DNA from: Macrostomum lignano
Lineage: Eukaryota
NCBI GenBank assembly: GCA_002269645.1
Contig: NIVC01000302.1
Span: 626,303 to 690,302, forward strand
Reading direction: 5' to 3'
Length of the DNA stretch: 64,000 bases
This document shows, piece by piece, positions 13,220-28,945 of the stretch. Each line of letters starts with the position of its first letter. Within the stretch, counting starts at the first letter, position 1. The notes under the pieces were generated by a model. That model worked only from the letters and a program-made list of their open reading frames with translations, ran no database searches and was not told the origin of the DNA. Both the position numbers and the translations under genes were made by a program.

Positions 13220-14298
13220 AAGCACTCAGAAAGGACACACACGCACTCAGCAAGGACACACGCACTCAGAAAGGACACACGCACTCAGCAAGGACACACG
13301 CACTCAGAAAGAACACACGCACTCAGAAAGGACAGACGCACTCAGAAAGGACACACGCACTCAGAAAGAACACACGCACTCAGAAAGGACACACGCACTC
13401 AGCAAGGACACACACGCACTCAGAAAGGACACACGCACTCATCAAGGACACACGCACTCAGCAAGGACACACGCACTCAGCAAGGACACACGCACTCATC
13501 AAGGACACACGCACTCAGCAAGGACACACGCACTCAGCAAGGACACACGCACTCAGAAAGGACACACACGCACTCAGCAAGGACACACGCACTCAGAAAG
13601 GACACACGCACTCAGCAAGGACACACGCACTCAGAAAGAACACACGCACTCAGAAAGGACACACGCACTCAGCAAGGACACACGCACTCAGAAAGGACAC
13701 ACGCGCACTCAGCAAGGACACACGCACTCAGAAAGGACACACGCACTCAGCAAGGACACACACGCACTCATCAAGGACACACGCACTCAGCAAGGACACA
13801 CGCGCACTCAGCAAGGACACACGCGCACTCAGCAAGGACACACGCACTCAGAAAGGACACACGCACTCATCAAGGACACACGCACTCAGCAAGGACACAC
13901 GCGCACTCAGCAAGGACACACGCACTCAGCAAGGACACATGCACGCACTCAGAAAATACAGACGCGCACTCAGCAAGGACACACGCACTAAGCAAGGACA
14001 CACACGCACTCAGCAAGGACACACGCACTCAGCAAGGACACACGCACTCAGCAAGGACACACGCACTCAGCAAGGACACACACGCACTCAGCAAGGACAC
14101 ACGCACTCAGAAAGGACACACACGCACTCAGCAAGGACACACACGCACTCAGCAAGGACACACGCACTCAGCAAGGACACACACGCACTCAGCAAGGACA
14201 CACGCACTCAGCAAGGACACACGCACTCAGAAAGGACACACACGCACTCAGCAAGGACACACGCACTCAGCAAGGACACACGCACTCAGCAAGGACAC
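13220..14298. repeat. 20/22-bp minisatellite starting just past the stop codon of the SLC15-like gene
   Basis: Seen: CACGCACTCAGCAAGGACAC(AC) units; explains ORF 13209-13991. Confidence 0.96.
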
Positions 14299-14310
14299 AA
14301 GCAACTCGCC

Positions 14311-17512
<3,202 letters not shown>

Positions 17513-17959
17513 GATGCGGCTGCTGTTTGAGCAGCTGCAACTTACTGCCTTGAGTAACTGGTGCAGTTTCGCACTGATCAGCTGAGCACCTGACTACCAC
17601 TCTTCTGCCCATGTCAATGTAAGAGAACTCTTTAAAACGTTTAAAATTAATGAGCTAAAACCATGTGCATTTTGACAGTCTTATCTATCAGCAACAGCAT
17701 TGCTTTCACTCTTATCGAAACGCCATGTTGCAAAGCCAATGGTATTTATTCTGTGCGTGTCTATCCACTTTCTCTCTCACGTAGACTCCAGCATATCTGC
17801 TTCTCACAAGTGATTTTATATCATTTTCAAAATTCAGAATAGATTTAATGAAGTTTCACGAAGTTTTATGTCAATACTAATCAGACCGTCTTTCCATAAA
17901 TCGTATTTAAATAACTTGATGTAAATAATTATATTAATTAATTAAATAACAATAATAAT

Positions 17960-18255
17960 TAATTACACCATCCCCATTTGGGCAGATGTGCAACCGACAG
18001 CTCAGCCGCAGCTATTGCGTGGCGTATCTGAAGGCTGCGTACGGCTGTTCAGTCCAAGGACTGGGGGGGGGGGATCGCCACACACCCTCAATTACCCCAG
18101 CTAATGCTGGCACCCATTTTACAGCTGGGTGAACTGAAGCAATGCAGAGTTAAGTGCCTTGCTCAAGGACACAATTTGTTCCAGTGGGATTGGGAATCGA
18201 ACCCCCGACCTTCAAGTCGTTAGTCCCACGCTCTAACCACAAGGCTACAACCCCC
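17960..18255 (-). mobile_element. tRNA-derived SINE, family B, with a CORE-like central domain; copy 1
   Basis: Seen on the minus strand: GGGGTTGTAGCCTTGTGG...GGTTCGATTCC, then TGTGTCCTTGAGCAAGGCACTTAAC...CAGCTGTAAAATGGG and an (ATT)-rich tail. The resemblance to the CORE-SINE domain is from recall and not aligned. Confidence 0.82.
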
Positions 18256-19099
18256 ATTTACATTTAAGGGCGTATAGAATAAGGGCGTATAGAATAAGGG
18301 CGTATAGAATTAGGGAATAAAATATCGGGATGCCGGAATCCTCTGCCTCTCGGGGGGGGGGGGTTTGCTTCTAATCCCGGGATTTAAAATACCTGTATTT
18401 GGGACTGGTTATCCTCGAAATTGTTGTTCAAAATTAATATTTGGACCTTTTTATTAAAACTGTTAAACAAAGCAAGAAAGAACCATAAAAATTGCACATT
18501 AAACCCTAAGGAAATAAGCGGAAAAGTTGACAAAAAGAAATTTTTAATGGTTCCCACCTCACGGTTAAATCAATTTGCTGTTCAAGCGAGTCTGGCAGCG
18601 TCTGCAGGTCTCGGCATGTTAAGACAGGACGAGGTAGACCAACGGCAACACTTAAAGAGCATCATTGAGTTAAACTCTAAACAATCCCATGTAATGCTTC
18701 CAGAGATCACGGCATTGTATTCTCTCATTTTTATGAACATAATGCTGATATCCTAAGCAGGATGGACAATATTCAGTAGCATAATTTAGCTTACAGAATT
18801 AGAACTGGAAACGAACAAATGTTGCACACGTACATGTAAATTAAAGTGTAATATTTTATCTTATCTGAGGCAGACGCAAGTTGGCTTATCTGATGCTTGG
18901 AGAAATCTTATCTGGTCAGGACACGGCTCTATTAGAGATAAGATAACGTTTAGCCCTTTTTAACCCGTTAGCCCTCACCATTTTCTAGATATCCGAGTAT
19001 GCAGGGTGGTCCATCACAATGAAATCAATTAAACGACCTTAATGTTTTTTTCATACTTATATAAACGCTTAATTTCCTAAACTGGCGATCCAGAAAAGA

Positions 19100-20460
19100 A
19101 TCTACGAGACTCTCTGGACAAGAACCTACGAGACTCCCTGGACAAGAACCTACGAGACTCTCTGGACAAGAACCTACGAGATTCTCTGGACAAGAACCTA
19201 CGAGACTCTCTGGACAAGAACCTACGAGATTCTCTGGACAAGAACCTACGAGACTCCCTGGACAAGAACCTACGAGATTCTCTGGACAAGAACCTACGAG
19301 ACTCACTGGACAAGAACCTACGAGACTCACTGGACAAGAACCTACGAGATTCTCTGGACAAGAACCTACGAGACTCTCTGGACAAGAACCTACGAGACTC
19401 TCTGGACAAGAACCTACGAGACTCTCTGGACAAGAACCTACGAGACTCACTGGACAAGAACCTACGAGACTCTCTGGACAAGAACCTACGAGACTCTCTG
19501 GACAAGAACCTACGAGACTCTCTGGACAAGAACCTACGAGACTCTCTGGACAAGAACCTCGAGATTCTCTGGACAAGAACCTACGAGACTCTCTGGACAA
19601 GAACCTACGAGATTCTCTGGACAAGAACCTACGAGACTCTCTGGACAAGAACCTACGAGACTCACTGGACAAGAACCTCGAGATTCTCTGGACAAGAACC
19701 TACGAGATTCTCTGGACAAGAACCTACGAGACTCTCTGGACAAGAACCTACGAGACTCTCTGGACAAGAACCTACGAGACTCTCTGGACAAGAACCTACG
19801 AGACTCTCTGGACAAGAACCTCGAGATTCTCTGGACAAGAACCTACGAGACTCTCTGGACAAGAACCTACGAGACTCTCTGGACAAGAACCTACGAGACT
19901 CTCTGGACAAGAACCTACGAGACTCTCTGGACAAGAACCTTGAGATTCTCTGGACAAGAACCTACGAGACTCCCTGGACAAGAACCTACGAGATTCTCTG
20001 GACAAGAACCTACGAGATTCTCTGGACAAGAACCTACGAGATTCTCTGGACAAGAACCTACGAGATTCTCTGGACAAGAACCTACGAGATTCTCCATACA
20101 AGAGCCTACGATACGAGATTCGGATTCCCCATACGAGAACCTGAGATTCTCCATAACAAGGGCCTATGAGATTTTCCATACAAGAGCCTATGAGATCCTG
20201 CATACAATAACCTATGAGATTCTCCATACAAGAGCCTATGATATTCTCCATACAATAATCTGAGATTCTCTATACAAGAGCCTATGAGATTCTTCATACA
20301 AGAGCCACAAGAGCCTATGAGATTCTCCATACAATAACCTATGAGATTCTCTATACAAGAGCCTATGAGATTCTCCATACAAGAGCCACAAGAGCCTATG
20401 AGATTCTCCATGCAATAACCTACGAGATTCTCTGGACAAGGATCTATGACATTCTTTAGA
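19100..20460. repeat. 24-bp minisatellite grading into a related diverged unit
   Basis: Seen: GAGACTCTCTGGACAAGAACCTAC up to ~20090, then GAGATTCTCCATACAAGAGCCTAT. Confidence 0.96.
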
Positions 20461-22043
20461 CAGAAACCTATGAGATTATTCAGCCCAGTACTGCGTAGAA
20501 GCGAGACGACTCTCATTGAGTTGAATAGCTGTGAGATACAATAGACTTTATTAAATGTATTTGCATGGCTCAGTGCAAGGCTCTTAATTATCAGCCAATG
20601 CATCAGCTTAAAAATTTGAATAAATTAATTAATTAATTTTTTCTTTGATTTCAAGTTTGAAACTGCGAATTTGTTCACTTACCCTCGAAATTAAGTAAAG
20701 CTTGAAAATAAGCAGTACAAATTGATCAGGTGCAAACGGCTAACAATGGTATAAAGAGTAGAGAAAAATCTATTAATCAATAATTATTAAGCCAATTAAA
20801 TTTCACAAACAGCTCAGACGATAAGTATTGCTGGCAACACTTGAGCTGATTACAGACCGGGCTAGATAAGAGAAAATTATAATAATCCTGATTATAATTA
20901 ACAATAATTAAAATCGACTTATTATGATATGAATCAAATGTTTAACTGGTCTTAACCACAGATACCAGAATAACTAGATAAGCCACTAAGCACATTTGCG
21001 TGTAAGCTACTTTCTGTTCAGTAGTAAGTTAAACAGAAGCATTTTAATGTATTTTTAGACTATGCTTATATTTACTGGCTCTTAGCACCCTTAGCTTAAA
21101 CCGCGCTTTTCCACACAGAACCTTTACCACCCCGCCGGGCAGCCCAATTTTTATTGCCTTTCCTAATGTACATTCCAGTGGCGCTGGCTAATGTACATTA
21201 TGACTGAACCAATTAGCCAAGTTGTTTACTATTGTATTCTTCTTTGCTGCTGAACTGGAAGTAGAAAGCTGTTTTACTAGTATTAAATGCCCCTAAGTAG
21301 TATCTTGTTATTCTGATATCTCTGGTATTAACCGAGACGCGCGAAAAACAAACGGTACAAAGTTAGAAAAAGAAGCTTGGAAATAAACAAAACGTATCTA
21401 TAAACTGATTGCAAAATTTGCTGTTAAGATAAAGACAATAAACAGAGCCAATTTGAATTTGAATAGTCTAGCAAAATACGCATATAAGCTTGAGTGCTAC
21501 TGTCAGTAGAGCGGAAGCAAATTAGCAAGCTCTTATTACGAAACGAACTTATTACGAATAATCGAAAAAACAAATCTATTTATAAATTCTTATTTCCTAC
21601 AACAGCAAAACAGATTAAAAGTGCAAAGGTCCTGGACTGGAAGCAATATTAGCTTGTTTGTAGAAATATAAACTTCAAGTACTCTTTGTGAATTATTCAA
21701 TAATTTGCCAACAATTAAGAAAAAACAACACAAATATCCGATTTGTACAAACAGATTTCTGAGTTTGCGAGGGATTGTCAATTCTAGAAATGATATTGCA
21801 TAGATGATTAACTGATCGGCAAATTAGTTCATCGTCAGTCAGGCCACTTGGTCAGACGCGCTGACACTCCGACATTTATCCCATATTATTATGCATACTT
21901 AAATTAAAAATGAAAAATATATCTAGATAGAACATTGTCTATGAAATTTTCACAGCCAATAATCTAAAATATGCATAAATAATCGATAATATTAGAATTT
22001 CAAATTAATAATTTAATCAAATTAAAGAACTTCGAAAAGAAGA

Positions 22044-25000
22044 TTAGTTTGGCCAGAAAACCTGTTGATTTATTAGTTGACTGGGATGCTTGGGACTGGG
22101 GCCGCTCCAATGCTGCTGCTGTTGCTGTTGTTGCTGCTGCGGTGGCGGCCACCCGCTAGCATTCATAACCGGCGGTCGCATGGCCATGGCTGCAAAATTA
22201 ATAAAACACGCTAGTATGCCTGATCGGAGATTCATAGCCAACCAATCAGAACAGAGATACACAGCCAACCAATCAGAACAGAGATACACAGCCAACCAAT
22301 CAGAACAGAGATACACAGCCAACCAATCAGAACAGAGATACACGACCAACCAATCAGAACAGAGATACACACAGCTAAACAATCACAGCAGAGATGTAGA
22401 ACCAAGAAATTAAAATCATATCGAAGACTCACGCCTTGACGCAGCGTGGGCTCCATATGACGTCATCACAGCTGGTTTCACGGCGGCTGTTGGTGGTCTA
22501 ACCGGCTGAGGTTGAGGCGGTGGTTGAGGCTGAGACGATGACGGAGTCTGTATTTGAGGCTGCGGCTGCTTTGGCACCGAGACATCTGCGTAGATTTTAA
22601 AAGAGGAAATATACATTCAAGCACTGTTTCTATTGGCAGCACACACAATTAGACAAAACAGTTGTCACGTGACTGCTCTCAGCCAATAGCAACTTACGAG
22701 CGTGTGTGTGTGTGTGTGTGTGCGAATATTGCCAGTAGATTAGGGTTAGGGTTAGGGTAGCAGTCAGGCGGGGTCAGTCAGATGGGGGGCAGTCAGATGG
22801 GTAGCAGTCAGACGGGGGTCAGTCAGATGGGGATCAGTCAGATGGGGGGCAGTCGGATGGGGGCAGTCAGATGGGGGGGGGCAGTCAGATGGGGGGCAGT
22901 CAGATGGGGGGTAGTCAGATGGGGGCAGTCAGATGGGGGCAGTCAGATGGGGTCAGTCAGATGCAGTGGACCCCAACTGCGCTAATCCTCACTGGTCATC
23001 GAGCCGGCGCTCCGGATCTTGTCAAACTCGTCGCCAAACGCCGAATCTTCTAACGGAGCCGCGGCTGGCGAAGGCGTGGCGAACAGGCCAGCATCGGCCG
23101 CCCAGCCGCTGGCGCTGCTGTTGCGATGCGCCGAGACTACACCGGACGCATCTGTGGACGAAGGAGCGTCCAAATCCACGAGCAGGTCGGTAGGCGGGGC
23201 AGTCGCCGGCGTCGACAGCTTCTCAAGCGACACCCCGCGTTGCCGGGTCTGCCAGTCGGCGGCTGGCTGAGCCGGGTTACCGAACAGCGGCGAGGCCGAG
23301 GACGATGGGACAGCGGTCGGCGGACGGAGCATCAGCGCCGAGGTGTCGCTCACTAATCGTCGGTGTCTGATCAGCGGATTGGCGCCGCCGACTGTCAGGA
23401 GGTCGACAGTCGGATGGTGTGGCGGCGGCTGCTGTTGCTGCGGAGGAGGCAGCGGCGGTGTTTGCAGACCGGCATTGCCGGGGCGAGGCCTCTGCCTGGC
23501 GCAGGACGGCGCTGTCGATCCGGCGGCGGGCTTCAAGGACACGGAGCTGGCGCGGGCAACGCCGACTGGTTGTAATTGCTTTGGCTGGCTCTGCAGTTGA
23601 CTGGGGAGGATGGGGAAAATATGCACTTTTCTTATTCACATCTATTTTCCCTCACAGAACATCGAAATCAACATAGCATTGTAACGCAGCTCACCTAGAA
23701 CTTGGCGACTTTCTTAAGGCGGACGCCTCTCGTACTTCAGACTCAGAGGGCGGCAAAGGTAGCGAATCCAGCTGAGGAAGTTCAGCCGACTGGAATGGAG
23801 AAATTAACGCACGCAACTTGCTGCATTGCCAGGTGAAAACGGTACCTAAGGCCAAGAAAGGGTCGTTTCATAAACCCTAATTTTAACAACGTCGAAAATA
23901 AGCAATGCAGCAGATTTCACAAGACCTAAATTTCACAAGCCCTAAATTTCATAACACCTAAAAGGCATGCACAGAATTTCAAAAGCCCTAAATTTCACAA
24001 ACCCTAAATATCACAACGTCGAAAATTAAATTTGCTTCTATTTTCAGAAGCTCTAAATTTCACAAGCTCTAAATTTCACAACGCCTAAAAGCACGTCTGA
24101 AAGATTGTATCTCCATAGTGTTTTTAGGCGTTGTGAAATTTAGTGCTTGTGAAATTTAGAGCTTGTGAAATTTAGAGCTTATGAAATTCTGTGCACAACT
24201 TTTCGACGTTGTGAAAATTAGTTCTTATGAAAAGTATGGCTTGTGAAATTTTGGGCTTGTGAAATTTAGAGCTTATGAAATTCTGTGCACAACTTTTCGA
24301 CGTTGTGAAGATTAGTTCTTATGAAAAGTATGGCTTGTGAAATTTAGGGCTTGTGAAATTTAGAGCTTATGAAATTCTGTGCACAACTTTTCGACGTTGT
24401 GAAAATTAGTTCTTATGAAAAGTATGGCTTGTGAAATTTAGGGCTTGTGAAATTTAGAGCTTGTGAAATACTGTGCACAACTTTTCGACGATGTGAAAAT
24501 TAGGGTTTATGAAATTTAGAGCTTATGAAAGTTTGTGTCTTGCGACGTTGTGAAATTTAGGGCTTGTGAAAGCGACCCGCCAAGAAGCGTTTCAGAGCCG
24601 TTGCAGGTAACACAGTGTAAAATAGGAAAGAAGTGACTCTAGATGACTCTAAAACGACAAGGTGTCACCTCCCGTTGTATTACTGTCGAATTAAGTCGTC
24701 AAAAAATCACTCTTGTGCCCCAGAGCGCTAAGGTCACCAGTGAATTGTTTGAGGTGACTCTTTAGCGATTCTTGTCAGGGTAAAGTTTTCAACGGGTTGG
24801 ACCATCTGTGTCATTGTCAATGATTCACATTCTGTACAGCTCGCATGATTATGAATGATTCGATTCATTTTCTCAATATTCTCACACAGGCAACTGGATG
24901 TTGACGCTTAGATTGACTATTCACTACTTAGTTCAACATTCACATTCCGAACGACTCGGGAACTTGCCTTTTACATTTAATTACGCTATTAACAGGCAAG

Positions 25001-28000
25001 AGACCTCAGCGCCAGAAAACACCACAATATGACAAAAGGGCCTCAGCGACAAACAATTCCCTGCGATATATGAGACCTAAGCGCAATTCCCACATTATGA
25101 CAAGAGACCTCAGCGCCAGAAAACACCACATTATGACAAGAGACCTCAGGGACAAACAACACCACAATATGACAAGAGACCTCAGCGACAAACAACACCA
25201 CAATATGACAAGAGACCTCAGCGCCAGAAAACACCACATTATGACAAGAGACCTCAGGGACAAACAACACCACAATATGACAAGAGACCTCAGCGACAAA
25301 CAACACCACAATATGACAAGAGACCTCAGCGCCAGAAAACACCACATTATGACAAGAGACCTCAGGGACAAACAACACCACAATATGACAAGAGACCTCA
25401 GCGACAAACAACACCACAATATGACAAGAGACCTCAGCGCCAGAAAACACCACATTATGACAAGAGACCTCAGGGACAAACAACACCACAATATGACAAG
25501 AGACCTCAGCGACAAACAACACCACAATATGACAAGAGACCTCAGCGCCAGAAAACACCACATTATGACAAGAGACCTCAGGGACAAACAACACCACAAT
25601 ATGACAAGAGACCTCAGCGACAAACAACACCACATTATGACAAGAGACCTCAGGGACAAACAACACCACAATATGACAAGAGACCTCAGCGACAAACAAC
25701 ACCACAATATGACAAGAGACCTCAGCGACAAACAACACCACAATATGACAAGAGACCTCAGCGACAAACAACACCACAATATGACAAGAGACCTCAGCGA
25801 CAAACAACACCACAATATGACAAGAGACCTCAGGGACAAACAACACCACAATATGACAAGAGACCTCAGCGACAAACAACACCACAATATGACAAGAGAC
25901 CTCAGCGACAAACAACACCACATTATGACAAGAGACCTCAGCGACAAACAACACCACAATATGACAAGAGACCTCAGGGACAAACAACACCACAATATGA
26001 CAGGAGACCTCAGGGACAAACAACACCACAATATGACAAGAGACCTCAGCGCTAGCAAACACCACAATATGACAAGAGACCTCAGCGCTAGCAAACACCA
26101 CAATATGACAGGAGACCTCAGCGCTAGCAAACACCACAATATGACAGGAGACCTCAGCGCTAGCAAACACCACAATATGACAGGAGACCTCAGCGCTAGC
26201 AAACACCACAATATGAAGAGGCCTGAGCACCAACCTCAGTGCCAGCCGGGATGTCGCACTGTCTCCCGGCCAGCCGGCATGCCAGACCACTCAGCTGCCG
26301 GATGTCCGGCCTGTCGCCCGGCTCCGGCCGAAGCGCGTAGCCAATGAGACGGCGTAGACCTGTCGGACGGGCCGGACTGTCCGGCAGGCACAGCTTGGCC
26401 GAGCTGATGGCCAGCGAGCTCTCTCCGAATGGCAGGCCCAGATAGGCCAGGCGGTACAGCAGGCAGCCCAGCGCCCAGATATCGGACTTGGTATCGATAG
26501 GCAGACCAGAGTACAGGTTGATCATCTCGGGGCTGCGGTAGGACAGCGTAGTGTATTTTTTAATCTCTTCCTCTACGCGAGCGACGCCCATCGCGGAGGT
26601 TTGCAGAGGCCGCTCACTGGCGCTGCCGAAATCGCACAGCACGAAGGCGCAGTCGGGATCATCTGAAGCGGCCAGCACGTTCTCGGCTTTCAGATCGCGG
26701 TGCTGCACAGGTGGCCGGCGGAGGTGCAGCTGCGCCACGGCGGAGCAAATATCGGCAAAGATGCGCAGCACCTGCTGATCGGGCAGGTGACGGCCTGACT
26801 GAGCGCAACGGTTGAGCAGATCCGACAGGCTGCCTGCATGGAGAGATGGACAGGCGGCTGAGGTTAAAAAACGGGTGCTGTTTAGGTTTCATCTCCAGAC
26901 ATTGTAAAACGGACGTTAGATTTGAGTTCTCAGCATTGGGCTGCGGTTTATGGGATTTGGGATTCTGGCTCTTTGGGGAAATGATGTGCATTCTGGGATT
27001 CTGGTTCTTCGGGGAAATGATGTGCATTCTGGGATTCTGGTTCTTTGGGGAAATGATGTGCATTCTGGGATTCCGGCTCTTGGGAAAGGGATGTGCATTC
27101 TGGGATTCTGGTTCTTTGGGGAAATGATGTGCATTCTGGGATTCTGGTTCTTTGGGGAAGGGATTGCATTCTGGGATTCCGGCTCTTGGGAAAGGGATGT
27201 GCATTCTGGGATTCTGGTTCTTCGGGGAAATGATGTGCATTCTGGGATTCTGGCTTTGGGCGAAGTGATGTGCATTCTGGGATTCTGGTTCTTCGGGGAA
27301 ATGATGTGCATTCTGGGATTCTGGCTTTGGGCGAAGGGATGTGCATTCTGGGATTCCGGCTCTTGGCGAAGGGATGTGCATTCTGGGATTCCGGCTCTTG
27401 GCGAAGGGATGTGCATTCTGGGATTCTGGCTCTTTGGGAAATGATGTGCATTCTGGGATTCTGGTTCTTTGGGAAATGATGTGCATTCTGGGATTCTGGT
27501 TCTTGGCGAAGGGATGTGCATTCTGGGATTCTGGTTCTTCGGGGAAATGATGTGCATTCTGGGATTCTGGCTTTGGGCGAAGGGATGTGCATTCTGGGAT
27601 TCCGGCTCTTGGCGAAGGGATGTGCATTCTGGGATTCCGGCTCTTGGCGAAGGGATGTGCATTCTGGGATTCTGGTTCTTTGGGAAATGATGTGCATTCT
27701 GGGATTCTGGTTCTTGGCGAAGGGATGTGCATTCTGGGATTCTGGTTCTTGGCGAAGGGATGTGCATTCTGAGATTCGATTTCTTAGAAAGAGGACGTGG
27801 TTTCCAAGGCTCGGGTTGTAATTCTAGAGATTTCGAAATCAGGCTTTTTGAAGATGAATAGTTTAAGAATTTCTGTTCATGACTCACGCCTATAGTAGAC
27901 CATGAGCAGAAGAATTTCGCGAACTCCATTGGGCAGCTGGTGCACGGCGTGGTCAACGTATCTGACCACATTTTTATGCGTGATGGAGCGCTGAAAAATC

Positions 28001-28338
28001 AAGGATCATCAGGGGGTTAACTTTTGTTGAGATCAGGCTGAGCTGATGCAAATATCAGATACGACACAGGTAATACTCACCACCAGTGACACCTCCAGCA
28101 TGCAGACTTGCATCGCCTGTTCATCGTTGACGCACATTCGCTTCAAAGCGTACACCCGACCGTCCAGCTGACTGCGCACTCGGAACACCAAGGCAAAGCC
28201 GCCTTCGGCCAGTTTCTCTTCAACAACAACTTGGTGTCGGGACAAGCTGAACTGCCGGCCAGCGAAGCCGCCGCTGTCGCTGTCCGATGCTGAGGAGGCC
28301 GCTGGCGGGCCGCCCAGACGAGACAGGAAGCCCTTCAT
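22044..28338 (-). CDS. AAK1: AP2-associated kinase 1 / BMP2K (NAK family Ser/Thr kinase), 7 exons
   Basis: Exons 28338-28081, 27990-27888, 26833-26235, 23789-23695, 23600-22993, 22585-22433 and 22189-22044; phases are consistent (0,1,0,2,1,1) with GT-AG. Motifs seen: LAEGGFALVF, ALKRM, HKNVVRY, HRDLKAENVL, CDFGSA, YTTLSYRSPEM, DIWALGCLLY. Tail motifs RQRPRP and HRRLVSD match AAK1 RQRPKA and HRRILSD; also LVDLD (clathrin-box-like) and FGDEF (FxDxF). The last exon end is less certain. Confidence 0.92.
22236..22375. repeat. 27-bp tandem repeat (~5 copies) in AAK1 intron 6
   Basis: Seen: AGCCAACCAATCAGAACAGAGATACAC. Confidence 0.93.
22740..22965. repeat. (TTAGGG)3 followed by a G-rich ~15-bp minisatellite in AAK1 intron 5
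   Basis: Seen: TTAGGGTTAGGGTTAGGG at 22740-22757, then GGGGGCAGTCAGAT units. Confidence 0.9.
23860..24578. mobile_element. Non-autonomous foldback-type DNA transposon (arms built of tandem subrepeats), 9-bp TSD
   Basis: Seen: left end GGGTCGTTTCATAAACCCTAATTTTAACAACGTCG versus right-end reverse complement GGGTCGCTTTCACAAGCCCTAAATTTCACAACGTCG. Flanks GCCAAGAAA (23851-23859) and GCCAAGAAG (24579-24587). Known: 9-bp TSDs are typical of Mutator/MULE-type elements. Confidence 0.85.
24995..26225. repeat. 36-bp minisatellite in AAK1 intron 3, with 3-unit higher-order blocks
   Basis: Seen: GACAAGAGACCTCAGCGACAAACAACACCACAATAT; explains the 12-aa periodic ORFs at 25006-26347. Confidence 0.97.
26945..27775. 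repeat. ~34-37-bp minisatellite filling AAK1 intron 2
   Basis: Seen: GATGTGCATTCTGGGATTC(T/C)GG(TT/CT)CTT... units. Confidence 0.95.
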
Positions 28339-28424
28339 AGCTAATTAGCTAAACACCTGGTCCGCAGCCTCCCAGCGGTAATTCGAGTCTCTTAAGCATG
28401 GGACACGTTTACCATTGCGCAATA

Positions 28425-28600
28425 ATTAATAATAATAATTGATTACACCTGCACTAAAGGGCAGATGTGCAACCAACAGCTCTAAAGCAATGCGGAGAGT
28501 CAAGTGTCTTGCTTAAGAACACAATTTTTTTGCGAGTGGGGCGAGAATCGAACCCCCGACCTTTCAGTCGCCACTAACCTACTAGCCCCTACTAAGCTAA
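28425..28600 (-). mobile_element. SINE family B, copy 2 (internally deleted)
   Basis: Seen: shares GATTACACC, GGGCAGATGTGCAACC.ACAGCT, AAGCAATGC, AAGTG.CTTGCT.AAG.ACACAA and GAATCGAACCCCCGACCTT with copy 1, but lacks the middle. Confidence 0.78.
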
Positions 28601-28760
28601 TTGCGAAACATTACGAGTTGGCACGGTCTCGTGACCAGAGACAGAGACATGGTTAGGAATAGAAACAATAACTACAAGTCAGGGTAGCGCCTATGAACAT
28701 TTATAGCTGTTGATACACAAGGAAATAAGTCTGGCATATTCTTCTCTTTCTACTCATTGG

Positions 28761-28945
28761 TAGGTATGTACACTTCACTGTGACTGGGGCTTGGCCCTCA
28801 AGGCCGTTAATTGCACGAGCAGAGCCAACTTAGCCAAGCCGAGATTCCAATTCAGCCCCCAAATTAATGTGACTGCGAGTCTGGAATCGAACCTGGGCCG
28901 TTGGCACATCAGAGCGCCGCTCTTGACCACTAAGCTACGGCACCC
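28761..28945 (-). mobile_element. SINE family A, copy 2
   Basis: Seen: aligns end to end with 12856-13040 (ATGTACACTTCACTGTG...GCTACGGCACCC). Confidence 0.85.

Noticed and set aside
25006-27971. 350-425-aa periodic ORFs (KQHHNMTRDLSD, PESQNAH etc.) resembling repeat proteins
   Set aside because: They lie inside AAK1 introns defined by phase-consistent splice sites and are open on both strands.
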